Source: Candidatus Spongiisociaceae bacterium (GTDB taxonomy: Bacteria; Actinomycetota; Acidimicrobiia; Spongiisociales; Spongiisociaceae). Taken from it: a DNA stretch of 64,000 bases. Below the pieces are notes generated by a model, which saw only the letters and a list, made by a program, of their open reading frames with translations, ran no database searches and was not told the origin of the DNA. A program made the position numbers and the translations under genes. The stretch is from NCBI GenBank assembly GCA_965219685.1, contig CBDCOH010000002.1:320001-384000 (forward strand), given 5' to 3'. Below are positions 10,178 through 22,633 of the stretch, in pieces. Position 1 is the first letter of the stretch, and the number at the start of each line of letters is the position of its first letter.

Positions 10178-10820
10178 CCTTAGGAACCAAGCCCGACAGT
10201 TCGCGGGCGATGTCAGCGAGCTCCTGAACGGCACCATCACCCAAGGCATTCGTATCTCCGTGGGCATGACTCCCGCGGGGGTAGCCTTGGTCGGCTACGG
10301 AGTCACCCCAAAGAAATTGGTGTCGTCGTCTATCGAGTTGAGGACTCGACAGCCCCGAACGTCGCCCTACCTGTACGTTGCGTACGCGTTGGACATTGAC
10401 GAACGGGACGGCGGGTTCCTGACGGTCGCCAAGAGCACCTACGGTCTGGGAGTAACCAAGACGGAGTCGGACATCCGCTACGACTATGTACGTAGCCCTG
10501 CGAATGAGTATCCGGAGGCCCATCTGCATATTCGCGGGATCAGCGAAGCGCTTACTGGTCTCGTGAGTGCCGGTTGGGCAGATCGGCAACCCCAGAGACT
10601 TCACCTGCCTGTCGGTGGCCGCCGGTTCCGGCCGTGTCTGGAGGACATCATCGAGTTCTGCATTGTGGAGAAGCTTGTCGCGTCGCCACCGGAGAACTGG
10701 AAGACGGTCCTTGACGCCCACCGCGATGAGTTCTATAGCAAGCAGCTCAAGTCTGCCGTACGTCGCGATGCCCAAGCCGCGGTCGCGGCGTTGAGGCAGC
10801 AAGGTTTCTGCGTTTCCTAA
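10158..10820 (+). CDS. Hypothetical protein with RYDY...P.AHLH motif
   Basis: 220-aa ORF with natural composition, filling the gap before alaS. Confidence 0.75.
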   Translation: MSSQHADLRNQARQFAGDVSELLNGTITQGIRISVGMTPAGVALVGYGVTPKKLVSSSIELRTRQPRTSPYLYVAYALDIDERDGGFLTVAKSTYGLGVTKTESDIRYDYVRSPANEYPEAHLHIRGISEALTGLVSAGWADRQPQRLHLPVGGRRFRPCLEDIIEFCIVEKLVASPPENWKTVLDAHRDEFYSKQLKSAVRRDAQAAVAALRQQGFCVS

Positions 10821-10844
10821 TCCAATGACCTAATCTGATCCGCT

Positions 10845-13465
<2,621 letters not shown>

Positions 13466-13466
<1 letters not shown>

Positions 13467-13921
13467 TGGCCGACCCGGCTGCGCGGACTGCCCGACCGTC
13501 CGGCCGGACCTTGGGGATCGACTACGGCCGAAGGAGGGTCGGCCTCGCCCTGTCGGACGGCTTGGGTCTGGCCGCTCACCCGTTCGAGGTGCTGGAGGCG
13601 GGTCCCGACTTGACCGCCCGGCTGGCGGAACTCGCCCTCGAGAACGATGTGACCCGGATCGTCGTCGGGCTGCCGGTCTCACTCGACGGATCGGAAGGGC
13701 CCTCCGCCGGGGCTGCGAGACGTTTCGCAGAACGGCTGGCGGAGTCGCTGGATGCGCCCGTGGTGCTGTACGACGAGCGCTTCACCTCCCGGATCGCCGA
13801 GGAGGCGCTGCTGGAAGCGGGTGTTTCCAGAGCCGGCCGGAGGAACAGGGTGGACAAGGTGGCGGCAGCGATCATGCTCCAGGGCTATTTGGACCACCAG
13901 GCCCGGAAGGCGCCCGCATGA
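13466..13921 (+). CDS. ruvX: YqgF/RuvX pre-16S rRNA nuclease
   Basis: LGIDYG.RRVGLALSD, VVGLP, DERFTS and D..AA..MLQ.YL. Confidence 0.93.
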
Positions 13922-15048
13922 GCTACCCGCCCGACCTGCTCCCCGAGGATCGCGATTACACGGAGGACCGCGTCGCCGCGAGGGTCAAGGGTACGGTGAT
14001 CGCCCTGCTGGTGAGCGCGGTCGTGGTTTACGGGCTGATCCTGGGGGGTCGGCAGGCGGGTGACTGGGTGAGCGGGTTGGAAAGGTTCGGGGCCGAGGAG
14101 GAGGTCGTCGAGGTACAGCCCGGCCGGACCGTCAGGCTGGAGATCCCGGTCGGATCCACCGCGAGGGGCATAGCGGGCATCCTCGTCGACAACGGGGTGG
14201 TCAGATCGGCTTCCGCATTCGAGTCCGTGGTCCGCTCCCGGGACGCGGGCAGCCTACTGAAGGCGGGCAGGTACGAGTTGGTGACCGGTACCGAACTCGA
14301 GGAGATCGTGGACATTCTGGTGGCCGGTCCGACCATCGAGACTTTCCGGCTGACGATCGTGGAGGGGCGCCGGGTCGGAGAGGTCGTGGCGGACATCGCT
14401 CGCCAGAGTGAGTTCTCGGAGACCGAACTGGTCGATACCCTGCTGGAGGGCGATATCAGGTCGGCTTACCTGCCGGGGGACGTCGAGGGACTTCCTGCCT
14501 GGGAAGGCCTTCTCTTCCCGGCCACCTACGAATTCTTCACCGACGCCACCGCCGAGGAGATACTGCAACGGCTGGCCGACGAGACCGAGCGTCGCATCGA
14601 CCGGCTCAACTGGACGTCCGTGCGACTCAGGGGCTATTCGGTCTACGAGGGGCTCGTGATCGCCTCGATAGTCGAAGCGGAGGCCGGGATCGACGAGGAC
14701 CGTCCCCTCATCGCCAGCGTGATCTACAACCGGCTGGGCGAGAGCTATCCCCTGGAGATCGATGCCACCGTCCTCTATGCGATGGGAAAACGGGGGATAG
14801 GGCTGACCCTCGACGACCTCGAGTTCGTTTCGCCGTACAACACCTACCGGGTAGCCGGCCTTCCGCCCACTCCGATCGGTACGCCGGGTTCCCGGTCCTT
14901 GGAGGCAGCTGCCGATCCGGCCGACAGCGAGTACTGGTACTACGTTCTCGTGTCGGAGGAAGGTGCGCACGGCTTCTTCCCGCAATCCGACTACGACGGT
15001 TTCCTGGAAGCGAAGCGTCAGGCTCAGGAACAAGGTATCGGGGTGTGA
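13918..15048 (+). CDS. mltG: Endolytic transglycosylase MltG
   Basis: N-terminal TM, EGLLFPATY, IASIVE.E, IASVIYNRL and SPYNTY...GLPPTPI. Confidence 0.93.
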   Translation: MSYPPDLLPEDRDYTEDRVAARVKGTVIALLVSAVVVYGLILGGRQAGDWVSGLERFGAEEEVVEVQPGRTVRLEIPVGSTARGIAGILVDNGVVRSASAFESVVRSRDAGSLLKAGRYELVTGTELEEIVDILVAGPTIETFRLTIVEGRRVGEVVADIARQSEFSETELVDTLLEGDIRSAYLPGDVEGLPAWEGLLFPATYEFFTDATAEEILQRLADETERRIDRLNWTSVRLRGYSVYEGLVIASIVEAEAGIDEDRPLIASVIYNRLGESYPLEIDATVLYAMGKRGIGLTLDDLEFVSPYNTYRVAGLPPTPIGTPGSRSLEAAADPADSEYWYYVLVSEEGAHGFFPQSDYDGFLEAKRQAQEQGIGV

Positions 15049-15854
15049 AACCGCTGAGGCTGGCTGTCCTGGGTGACCCGGTGGCTCACTCACTCTCCCC
15101 CCGGATCCAGCGCGCTGCTCTCGCCTACGCAGGGATCGAGGGGACGTACATTCGCCGCCGGGTCGACCCCGACGGTATGCAGGGCGCGGCCGGGGACATA
15201 AGGAGCGGGAGGCTGGACGGCGCGAACGTGACCATGCCCCACAAGGGGCTCGCGGCGCGGCTCGCCGACGACCGCTCGCCCGAGGCCCGGCGCTGCGCCG
15301 GCGCCAACACCCTCTGGATGGAGGGCGGGCGCCTGCGGGCGCACACCACCGATCCCGACGGGGTGCGTTTCGCATGGGAGCACGCCGGGCTGCCGGAAGA
15401 CGCTCCGGTCCTGCTCCTCGGCGCCGGTGGAGCCGCCGCGGCCGCTCTGGCCGCCCTGGACGGTAGGGAGTGCAGGGTCTCGGCGCGGCGGGAGGAGGCG
15501 GCCCGCGCCCTGGTGAATCAGGTCAACCCCGAAGCGCCGCTGATCGACTGGGGCAGGGGGGTTCCCGGAGCCGTGGTCGTCAACGCCACCCCTCTGGGCA
15601 TGGCGGGCGACAGCCTGCCCTCCGGCGTTCTCGACGGGGCGGTCGGTCTGCTGGAGATGGCCTACGGAGGGGGAGAGACTCCCGCCGGGGTCCTCCTGCG
15701 CTCACGAGGATGCCCGGTGGCGCCGGGGGAGCTGATGCTGGTCGGCCAGGGGGTTGCGTCCTTCGCGATATGGACCGGGGTCAAGGTCCCCCCGGAGGTG
15801 ATGCTGGCCGCCCTCGACGAGATACGCGAGCCCGCGGCAGCCGACAGTCCGTAG
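15045..15854 (+). CDS. aroE: Shikimate dehydrogenase
   Basis: G.PV.HSLSP, GANVTMPHK, GAGGAA, NATPLG and MLV.Q. Confidence 0.9.
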   Translation: MKPLRLAVLGDPVAHSLSPRIQRAALAYAGIEGTYIRRRVDPDGMQGAAGDIRSGRLDGANVTMPHKGLAARLADDRSPEARRCAGANTLWMEGGRLRAHTTDPDGVRFAWEHAGLPEDAPVLLLGAGGAAAAALAALDGRECRVSARREEAARALVNQVNPEAPLIDWGRGVPGAVVVNATPLGMAGDSLPSGVLDGAVGLLEMAYGGGETPAGVLLRSRGCPVAPGELMLVGQGVASFAIWTGVKVPPEVMLAALDEIREPAAADSP

Positions 15855-16604
15855 GTGTTCGCCAACCTGGTGGCCGCGGTGGCCGGACTCGTGCTGGGCC
15901 GTTACCTTTCCGCAGCCGTGGTGGCGGTGCCCGCCGGCACGCCGGTCCACAGGGTGGTGGGCGCCCGGCCCCGTTGTGGCTGCCGAACGGGGTGGTGGGG
16001 CTTCCTGCCCATCGTCTGGTGGGTCGGCCGCAGGGGTAGATGCCCACGGTGCGGGGCCCTGCCAGGCGTCATCCATCCGCTCGTCGAGGTGGTGACCGCG
16101 GCCGCGGTCGCCGGGACCGTCCACTTCGTGGGGCCGGTCTGGTCCCTCCCGGCCTACCTGTGGTTTGCCGCGGTGACCGTGGTGCTCGGGTTCATCGACC
16201 TCGGCCACCATCTGATACCGAACCGTATCCTGGTCCCCGGGACATTCGTGGCTCTCGTATTGCTTGCTGCGGGAGCGGCGCTGGAGGGACGGCTCGGCGA
16301 CCTGCCCGAGGCTCTCGCGACCGGCCTCGGATACTTCGCAGTTCTGCTCGTGGCGGCCCTGCTGACGAGAGGCGCCATCGGCATGGGCGATGTCAAGCTG
16401 GCCTTCCTGCTGGGAGTGTTCGCAGGCTTCGGCGGGTGGGAGGTGGCAGTCCCGGCGGGAGTGGGAGCGTTCCTCCTCGCCGGCCTGGTCTCGGTGATTC
16501 TGATCGCGCTCGGGAGGCTCACCCGCAACGACCATATCCCGTTTGGTCCCTTCATGGTGGCCGCTGCATGGATAGCCATCGCCCGGGACCTCGGGGGAGC
16601 GTAG
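15855..16604 (+). CDS. Prepilin peptidase (A24 family)
   Basis: Multi-TM protein with a CPRC zinc motif, IDL...IPN, GMGDVKL and IPFGPFM. Confidence 0.88.
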   Translation: MFANLVAAVAGLVLGRYLSAAVVAVPAGTPVHRVVGARPRCGCRTGWWGFLPIVWWVGRRGRCPRCGALPGVIHPLVEVVTAAAVAGTVHFVGPVWSLPAYLWFAAVTVVLGFIDLGHHLIPNRILVPGTFVALVLLAAGAALEGRLGDLPEALATGLGYFAVLLVAALLTRGAIGMGDVKLAFLLGVFAGFGGWEVAVPAGVGAFLLAGLVSVILIALGRLTRNDHIPFGPFMVAAAWIAIARDLGGA

Positions 16605-16639
16605 ACGCCCCGAGAGTCGAGTGAGTGGATCCGAGCCAG

Positions 16640-16666
16640 CAACTAATAACCAATAACTACCAACTA
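16640..16666 (-). repeat. Degenerate heptamer array at the MaoC stop codon
   Basis: CAACTAA TAACCAA TAACTAC CAACTA on +, which is T/G-rich on the coding strand and starts at the TAG stop. Confidence 0.6.
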
Positions 16667-17098
16667 AAGGTACCTGATTATGTGAGTCGCGACGGCGACG
16701 GTCTCTCCGTTCTGGTTGGTGGCGACCACGTCGGCCAGAGCCCGGGAGCGGGCCGCCTGCAGGGAAGAGATCCTGTAGGTGACCGTCACGGTGTCGCCAA
16801 TCCTCACCGGTGCCGTGAACCGGACCCGGTCGTATCCGAGGCTGACGGCGTGCTCCCCGGATCGGGCGATCATCATCCCGGCGGTCGTGGACATGAAGCC
16901 CACCATCAGGGCGCCGTGGGCGATGCGGGTGCCGAACCGGCCTGACTTCATGACCTCCTCGTTGACATGCATCTCGTAGAAGTCGCCGGTGACGCCGGCG
17001 AACAGGTATATGTCGGTCTCGCCGACCGTCTTGGTGAAGCTGACCTCGTCGCCGATCCGGAGCGAGCCCAGACCCGTGGCTGTGCTTTCGTGGGTCAC
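16664..17098 (-). CDS. MaoC family dehydratase (hot-dog fold)
   Basis: FAG.TGD...H, G.RIAHG.L and RF.APV.IGDT. GGGAGG SD upstream. Confidence 0.9.
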   Translation of the reverse strand: MTHESTATGLGSLRIGDEVSFTKTVGETDIYLFAGVTGDFYEMHVNEEVMKSGRFGTRIAHGALMVGFMSTTAGMMIARSGEHAVSLGYDRVRFTAPVRIGDTVTVTYRISSLQAARSRALADVVATNQNGETVAVATHIIRYL

Positions 17099-17268
17099 CG
17101 TGCACCTCCCGTCGGCCGCTAGCTTACCGGTCGGCGCCGCGGTGCCCTTTACCGGGCCGGTGCCACGTTCAGAGTCCCAGGGAGTGGTAAGAACGGTGGT
17201 GGACGGGGCGCCGCACGCTAATAGCCTGTCCGGGTGTCGATACCGAGCGAGGATGGGAGCTTACCGGA

Positions 17269-18213
17269 GTGGACTACGGGCTGGGGCTCCTGACAACCGG
17301 TTCATACCGGAGCGTTCTGGGGGCCGCCCAGTGGGCGGACACCCTAGGACTGGTCAGTTTCGCGGTTCCTGATCACTACCTGGACGAGTCGCCGGCGGCT
17401 CGCCCCACGCTCGATGCCTTCGCCGTCCTGGCGGGCGTGGCGCGGGAGACCGCCGGAATCGAGTTGGCGGTCATGCTCAGCCCCATCACGTTCAGGCATC
17501 CGGCCGTACTGGCCAAGTCGGCCGTCACCATCGACCGGATGTCCGGGGGCCGGTTCCTGCTGGGTGTGGGGACCGGGTGGTTCGAGAGGGAACACACAGT
17601 GATGGGGCTGGAACTTCCGTCTCTGGACGAGCGATTCGACCGGCTGGAGGACGCCCTCGGCTATCTCAGGGCTGCCTTCCTGCCGGAACCGGCGGCTTAT
17701 GCGGGCCGGTTCTACCGCCTGGAGCGACACCCGGTCCAGCCGCCGCCGAGTCGGAGGGTTCAGATCGTGGTGGGTGGTACCGGACCGAGACGGACGCCGA
17801 GGCTGGCCGGGCTCCACGCTGACGAGTTGAACATCCACTCCACTCCGGTGGAGGGAGTAGCCTCCCGGGTATGCCGGGCCCGGGAGGCGGCGGCGGGGGC
17901 GGGACGTGATCCGGCCGGGTTACGGGTCAGCTATTCGAGTGCGGTGGTGGCAGGTCCCAGCCCGAGCGAGTACCGGCGGCGCCTGGACCGAGCCGCCCTG
18001 TGCGAGCGGGTGGAGCCGGACCGGCTCGAGCGCCGGATGGCGCAGCGGAACACCCTCCACGGAACCTACCGGCAGGTGGAGGAGGTGCTCGGTCTGCTGG
18101 GGGAGGCGGGAGTCAGCCGCTTCTACATCCAGCGACCGCTCGACGCGGACCTCGACGAGACCGGCGAGATCCTCGAGGGCATCGGCTTCCGGGCGGGCAC
18201 GCCGCGCCCCTAA
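17269..18213 (+). CDS. LLM-class flavin/F420-dependent oxidoreductase
   Basis: DH, R.PAVLAK..VT.D.MSGGRF.LGVGTGW...E and VVGG.G. Confidence 0.9.
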   Translation: MDYGLGLLTTGSYRSVLGAAQWADTLGLVSFAVPDHYLDESPAARPTLDAFAVLAGVARETAGIELAVMLSPITFRHPAVLAKSAVTIDRMSGGRFLLGVGTGWFEREHTVMGLELPSLDERFDRLEDALGYLRAAFLPEPAAYAGRFYRLERHPVQPPPSRRVQIVVGGTGPRRTPRLAGLHADELNIHSTPVEGVASRVCRAREAAAGAGRDPAGLRVSYSSAVVAGPSPSEYRRRLDRAALCERVEPDRLERRMAQRNTLHGTYRQVEEVLGLLGEAGVSRFYIQRPLDADLDETGEILEGIGFRAGTPRP

Positions 18214-18292
18214 TACCCTGGGCCGGGCAGCCGACGGCAGCATCCGACCGGGGCTCTCTCATGCGGGGCCCGACGCTGAAAGGTGGCTTCTG

Positions 18293-19090
18293 GTGGCCGT
18301 TTCCCACGAGCGCCGGTTCCAGTTCGACATACAGGGTTTCCTGCACCTGCGCGGGGCGATGGCCGCCACCGAGGTCCGGGACTGCCTCAACTGGGCGGCG
18401 GCGGCGGAGGAAGCGGACGCCGCAGGGTTGGGGGGAGAGCACCCCGACCGGCTCATCAACCGCCCGGTCTCACGGATCATCGACGTGGATCCCCGCTTCG
18501 CCCGCTTCCTGGACCATCCGGCTGTGTCGGCCTACCTGATCGACTTCCTCGGGCGCCGCTACAAGCACATCGACAACGAGCTCTACTACACGTATCCGGG
18601 ATACGAAGGAGGGCCCTGGCACAGGGGAGTCCGAGCCCACCCGAGCGGCTACGTGGCGGAGGGCCGGTTCACGTGCCCCATGGTCAAGGTCTTCTACTGC
18701 CTGACCGACGTCGGTCCCGGCCAGGGCGAGTTCGCGGTGGTCCCCGGGAGCCACAGAGCCCACTTCGACGTTGACGGTGGCCCCGCCGATCGTGGCGACG
18801 ACCCCCTGCACCGGACGGCCGAGGGTCGGACAGACCTTCCCGGCCAGAAGGTCTTCGACGATGTGGCAGCCGGTGACGTGATCGTATTCAACGAGGGTCT
18901 GCTGCACACCGGCCGCCCCAATCCCTCGGGGAAGACCCGCAAGACGGTAATCGTCAACTTCGGCCGGGAGGACGCCGGCCCGTGGCCCGGCTACCGCCCG
19001 CTACCGGAGACGTTGCGGAGTGTGACTCCTCGCCAGGCCGCCATTCTCAGCAGTCCCGTCGGCGTGTGGGCGGAGCCCGGCGGTCCCTAG
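18293..19090 (+). CDS. PhyH-family Fe(II)/2-oxoglutarate-dependent oxygenase
   Basis: F...GFL.L, WH.G, LTDV...G...VVPGSH and AGDV..F...LLH.G..N.S...R. GTG start after GAAAGG. Confidence 0.85.
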   Translation: MAVSHERRFQFDIQGFLHLRGAMAATEVRDCLNWAAAAEEADAAGLGGEHPDRLINRPVSRIIDVDPRFARFLDHPAVSAYLIDFLGRRYKHIDNELYYTYPGYEGGPWHRGVRAHPSGYVAEGRFTCPMVKVFYCLTDVGPGQGEFAVVPGSHRAHFDVDGGPADRGDDPLHRTAEGRTDLPGQKVFDDVAAGDVIVFNEGLLHTGRPNPSGKTRKTVIVNFGREDAGPWPGYRPLPETLRSVTPRQAAILSSPVGVWAEPGGP

Positions 19091-19142
19091 ACGGGGACCG
19101 CACACCGTAAGCAGATCCCGCGATGTATGTATAATAGGGTGT

Positions 19143-19391
19143 ATGCCGAGGATACAGACCTACCTACCGGACGACCTCTATCGGGCGGTCAAGGAATACG
19201 GGCTCGCGCCGTCCAAACTGCTCCAAGAAGCGGTCCGGGTCGAGCTTCGACGCCGGCAGCTCCTTGAGGAAACCGATCAATACCTGGCTGAACTCCTGGA
19301 CGAAGTCGGAGAGCCCACCGCGGAAGAGTTGGCCAGGGCCCGGGCGCTAGCGCTCCGGCTCGCCCGTAGAGCAGAGCGGGCGGCTGGCTGA
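19143..19391 (+). CDS. Antitoxin (VapB/CcdA-like)
   Basis: MPRIQTYLPDDLY..VK..GL..S.LLQEAV. TATAAT lies 7 nt before the ATG. Precedes a PIN gene. Confidence 0.82.
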   Translation: MPRIQTYLPDDLYRAVKEYGLAPSKLLQEAVRVELRRRQLLEETDQYLAELLDEVGEPTAEELARARALALRLARRAERAAG

Positions 19392-19392
19392 A

Positions 19393-19773
19393 TTGTTGGT
19401 TCTCGACTCCGGCGCCATCTCTCGCCTGTCAGAGCCGTCCCGGGTGGCCCGTACCTACGTTATGGAACTCCAGGCCGCCGGTTTGTGGCCGCCGTTGGTG
19501 CCCACACCGGTGATGATCGAGGCGTTGCACGGTGACGCCGCACGGGACGCCATGGCCAACCGGTTACTCAAAACCTGCGACGTGGTCGAGGAGATACCGG
19601 AGGGATTGGCTCGGCGAGCCGCCCGGCTGAGACGGCAGGCGGGCAGAGGATCGGCGATCGACTCGCTGGTGGTTGCCATGGCCGAACCCGGGGGCTCCGT
19701 TCTCACTTCTGACCTCCATGACCTCAATGCCCTGGCGCAGTACGCCCGTGACGTGATCGTCGAACGGGTTTGA
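19393..19773 (+). CDS. PIN-domain (VapC-like) toxin
   Basis: MLVLDSGA, conserved acidic residues, SAIDSLVVA and VLTSD..DL. Confidence 0.85.
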   Translation: MLVLDSGAISRLSEPSRVARTYVMELQAAGLWPPLVPTPVMIEALHGDAARDAMANRLLKTCDVVEEIPEGLARRAARLRRQAGRGSAIDSLVVAMAEPGGSVLTSDLHDLNALAQYARDVIVERV

Positions 19774-19872
19774 TGACTGCGCGATAAGGTATCGAACCGC
19801 TCGCAGGGCGCCACCTGCCACGACAGGCTTGAGCGGGGGCGTATCGGGGTCCTCATGTCTACCATGCCGGGC

Positions 19873-21024
19873 ATGATCCGATTCTTGACAGCAGGTGAAT
19901 CCCACGGGCCCGGACTGGTGACGATCGTGGAGGGTGTTCCGGCAGGGTTGACGGTCACCCGGGATGGGCTCGGCGCCGAGTTGGCCCGCCGCCGGCTCGG
20001 CTACGGGCGGGGCGCCCGGATGAAGATCGAGCAGGACAAGCTCGAGATCATGGGCGGGATCCGCCACGGACGTACCCTCGGCTCGCCGGTGGCGGTCATC
20101 ATCCGGAACACCGAGTGGCCCCGCTGGAAGGAGGAGATGTCGCCCGATCCGGGAACGCCCAAGCGGCTCATGACCACTCCCCGTCCCGGTCACGCCGACC
20201 TGGTGGGAATGCTCAAGTACGACACCAAGGACGCCCGCAACATTCTCGAGCGGGCTTCGGCGCGTGAGACTGCGGCCCGCACCATCGCCGGATACCTCGC
20301 CAAACAGATATTGGCCAGCATCGGCGCGTCGGTGGTCAGCCACGTGGTGGCTATCGGCCGCGCGGTCACCGAGACCGAGGAGTTGCCCACCATCGAGGAT
20401 CTTCCCGCGATCGACGCCTCGCAGGTGCGTGCTTTCGGCACCGATGCCGAGACGGCGATGATCTCCGAGATCGAACGGGCCAAGGGCGACCGGGACACGC
20501 TGGGCGGTGTGATGGAGGTGCTCGTCTACGGCCTGCCCCCCGGCGTCGGCTCCTACTCGCAGTGGGACCGGCGGATGGACGCGAGGTTGGGAGAAGCCCT
20601 GATGTCCATCCAGGCGATGAAGGCCGTGGAGGTGGGTGACGGCCTCGAGAGTTCCCGCCGCCGGGGCTCGGAGGCCCACGACCACATCTACTACGCCGAC
20701 GGGGAGTTCTACCGCAACACCGACCGGGCGGGCGGTACCGAGGGCGGCATGACGACCGGCCAACCCCTTCGCGTACGGGTCGCTATGAAGCCTCTTTCCA
20801 CGGTCATGCGACCGCTCCCCACCGTGAACGTGGTCACCAAGGAGCCGGAAGTCGCCTTCCGGGAGCGGTCCGATGTCTGCGCGGTCCCGGCGGCAGCCGT
20901 CGTGGCCGAGCAGATGGTGGCGATCGTGGTGACCCAGGAACTCCAGAGGAAATTCGGGGGTGACACCGTGGACGACTTCGTGGTGAACGTCACCTCCTAC
21001 CGGGCCCGGCTGCGGGCGTTCTGA
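19873..21024 (+). CDS. aroC: Chorismate synthase
   Basis: TAGESHG, PRPGHAD, ERASARETAAR, MKPLST and ERSDVCAVP. Confidence 0.97.
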   Translation: MIRFLTAGESHGPGLVTIVEGVPAGLTVTRDGLGAELARRRLGYGRGARMKIEQDKLEIMGGIRHGRTLGSPVAVIIRNTEWPRWKEEMSPDPGTPKRLMTTPRPGHADLVGMLKYDTKDARNILERASARETAARTIAGYLAKQILASIGASVVSHVVAIGRAVTETEELPTIEDLPAIDASQVRAFGTDAETAMISEIERAKGDRDTLGGVMEVLVYGLPPGVGSYSQWDRRMDARLGEALMSIQAMKAVEVGDGLESSRRRGSEAHDHIYYADGEFYRNTDRAGGTEGGMTTGQPLRVRVAMKPLSTVMRPLPTVNVVTKEPEVAFRERSDVCAVPAAAVVAEQMVAIVVTQELQRKFGGDTVDDFVVNVTSYRARLRAF

Positions 21025-21082
21025 TGAGCCGTACCGCCCATCCTTCAGCCGGACCACGGATGCTCCCCTAAGGGATAGGCCG

Positions 21083-22609
21083 ATGGGGAACGTGTGGCTC
21101 ATCGGGATGATGGGCTCCGGCAAGTCCACCGCGGGCAGGCGCGTCGCCGAGTCATCGAACTCGCCCTTCCTCGACATCGACCATCTCGTGGAGGAGAGAG
21201 CGGGCAAGTCGGTCACCGAGATCTTCCGCCAGGACGGCGAGGATGCCTTCCGCCGGCTGGAGTCGGCCGAGATCCGGCGCCTGGCTGCCGAAACGGCGGA
21301 ATACGGCGAGGGGACGGTTGTCTCGACCGGCGGGGGCGCCGTCCTGGACAAGGGCAGCGTGGAGGCGATGCGTCGCACCGGAGTCGTGCTCTGGCTCGAT
21401 GCGCCGGCTTCCTCCCTGGCGGTCCGGGTTGGGCGCGAGCGGCCCCTGCTGGCCGGAGCGGGGACCAGTGCCTCCCGCCTGGGTGTGATTCTCGACCGTC
21501 GCCGGCCCCTGTACGAGCAGGCCGCTCACTACAGGATCGACGCGGACCGTCCGGCTCGGGCCGTGGTGGCCGACGCTGCCCGCTACGCGAGGGTGCCCGT
21601 CGGCGGGTCATCCGAGGTCCTGATCGGACCGGGACTGCCCGCTCGCCTGCTCCCACTCTCCGAGCACCGCGAGAAGGCGGTGGTCATCGCTCAGCCGGGT
21701 GCCATGCCGGTGGCCGCGGAAGTGGTGGATCGGTTGCGCTCGGAGACCGCAGCCTCCCTCATCGAGGTTCCGGATCGCGAGGAGGCCAAGACCCTCGAGA
21801 CCCTGGGGTATCTCTACGCCCGGCTCGCCGACCTGAACCTCGGGAGGCACGACACCATTGTGGGCGTGGGGGGTGGCGCCACGACCGACGTGGCCGGGTT
21901 CGCAGCGGCGACCTGGCTGCGGGGGATCGAGTCCGTCCTGGTCCCCACAACCCTTCTCGGAGCCGTGGACGCCTCGATCGGCGGGAAGACCGGAATCAAC
22001 GTGCTCGGCAAGAACCTGGTGGGTGCGTTCTGGCATCCGTCCCGGGTGGTCATCAGCACCGATGCGCTGACCGCTCTGCCCGAGGAACTACTGCGGGAGG
22101 GTTCCGCAGAGGCGGTCAAGGCGGGCTTCATCGCCGATCCCCGCCTCGTTGAGATCTTCATGGAGCACGGATTGTCCTTCCCGCCCGCGGAGATGCTGAG
22201 GAGGGCGGTGGCCGTCAAGGCCGCGGTCGTCTCGGGGGACTTCCGGGAGACCGGGAACAGGGCGATCCTCAACTTCGGTCACACGATCGGCCATGCCGTC
22301 GAGGTGGTGTGCGGGTTGCCTCACGGCTACGCGGTCTCGGTGGGCATGGTCGCGGCTACGGCGATCTCGGCGGACCGCTACAGGTTCGACCCGAGCGTCG
22401 TCATCGACGCTATGCAACGCCTGGGCCTTCCCACCCGGGTCCAGGGCGCCGATCGGGCGTCGGTGCTCCGCCTGGTCCGGCGCGACAAGAAGCGGACGTC
22501 GGCCGGCCTCCGCATGGTCCTGCTGCGCCAGGTGGCGGACCCGGTGGTGGAGTTGGTCGACGAGTCCGCCCTGGACCTCGGGCTGAATGCTGTCGGGATC
22601 AGCGACTGA
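21083..22609 (+). CDS. aroKB: Bifunctional shikimate kinase / 3-dehydroquinate synthase
   Basis: N-terminal GMMGSGKST and STGGG. C-terminal GGGATTD..GF.AA, DASIGGKTG and LNFGHT.GH. Confidence 0.93.
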   Translation: MGNVWLIGMMGSGKSTAGRRVAESSNSPFLDIDHLVEERAGKSVTEIFRQDGEDAFRRLESAEIRRLAAETAEYGEGTVVSTGGGAVLDKGSVEAMRRTGVVLWLDAPASSLAVRVGRERPLLAGAGTSASRLGVILDRRRPLYEQAAHYRIDADRPARAVVADAARYARVPVGGSSEVLIGPGLPARLLPLSEHREKAVVIAQPGAMPVAAEVVDRLRSETAASLIEVPDREEAKTLETLGYLYARLADLNLGRHDTIVGVGGGATTDVAGFAAATWLRGIESVLVPTTLLGAVDASIGGKTGINVLGKNLVGAFWHPSRVVISTDALTALPEELLREGSAEAVKAGFIADPRLVEIFMEHGLSFPPAEMLRRAVAVKAAVVSGDFRETGNRAILNFGHTIGHAVEVVCGLPHGYAVSVGMVAATAISADRYRFDPSVVIDAMQRLGLPTRVQGADRASVLRLVRRDKKRTSAGLRMVLLRQVADPVVELVDESALDLGLNAVGISD

Positions 22610-22633
22610 CCATCCCTGCTGTACAATCGGGCC

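Noticed and set aside
21083-22609. AroK-AroB fusion as a novelty
   Set aside because: Such fusions are already known in several bacteria, including actinobacteria.
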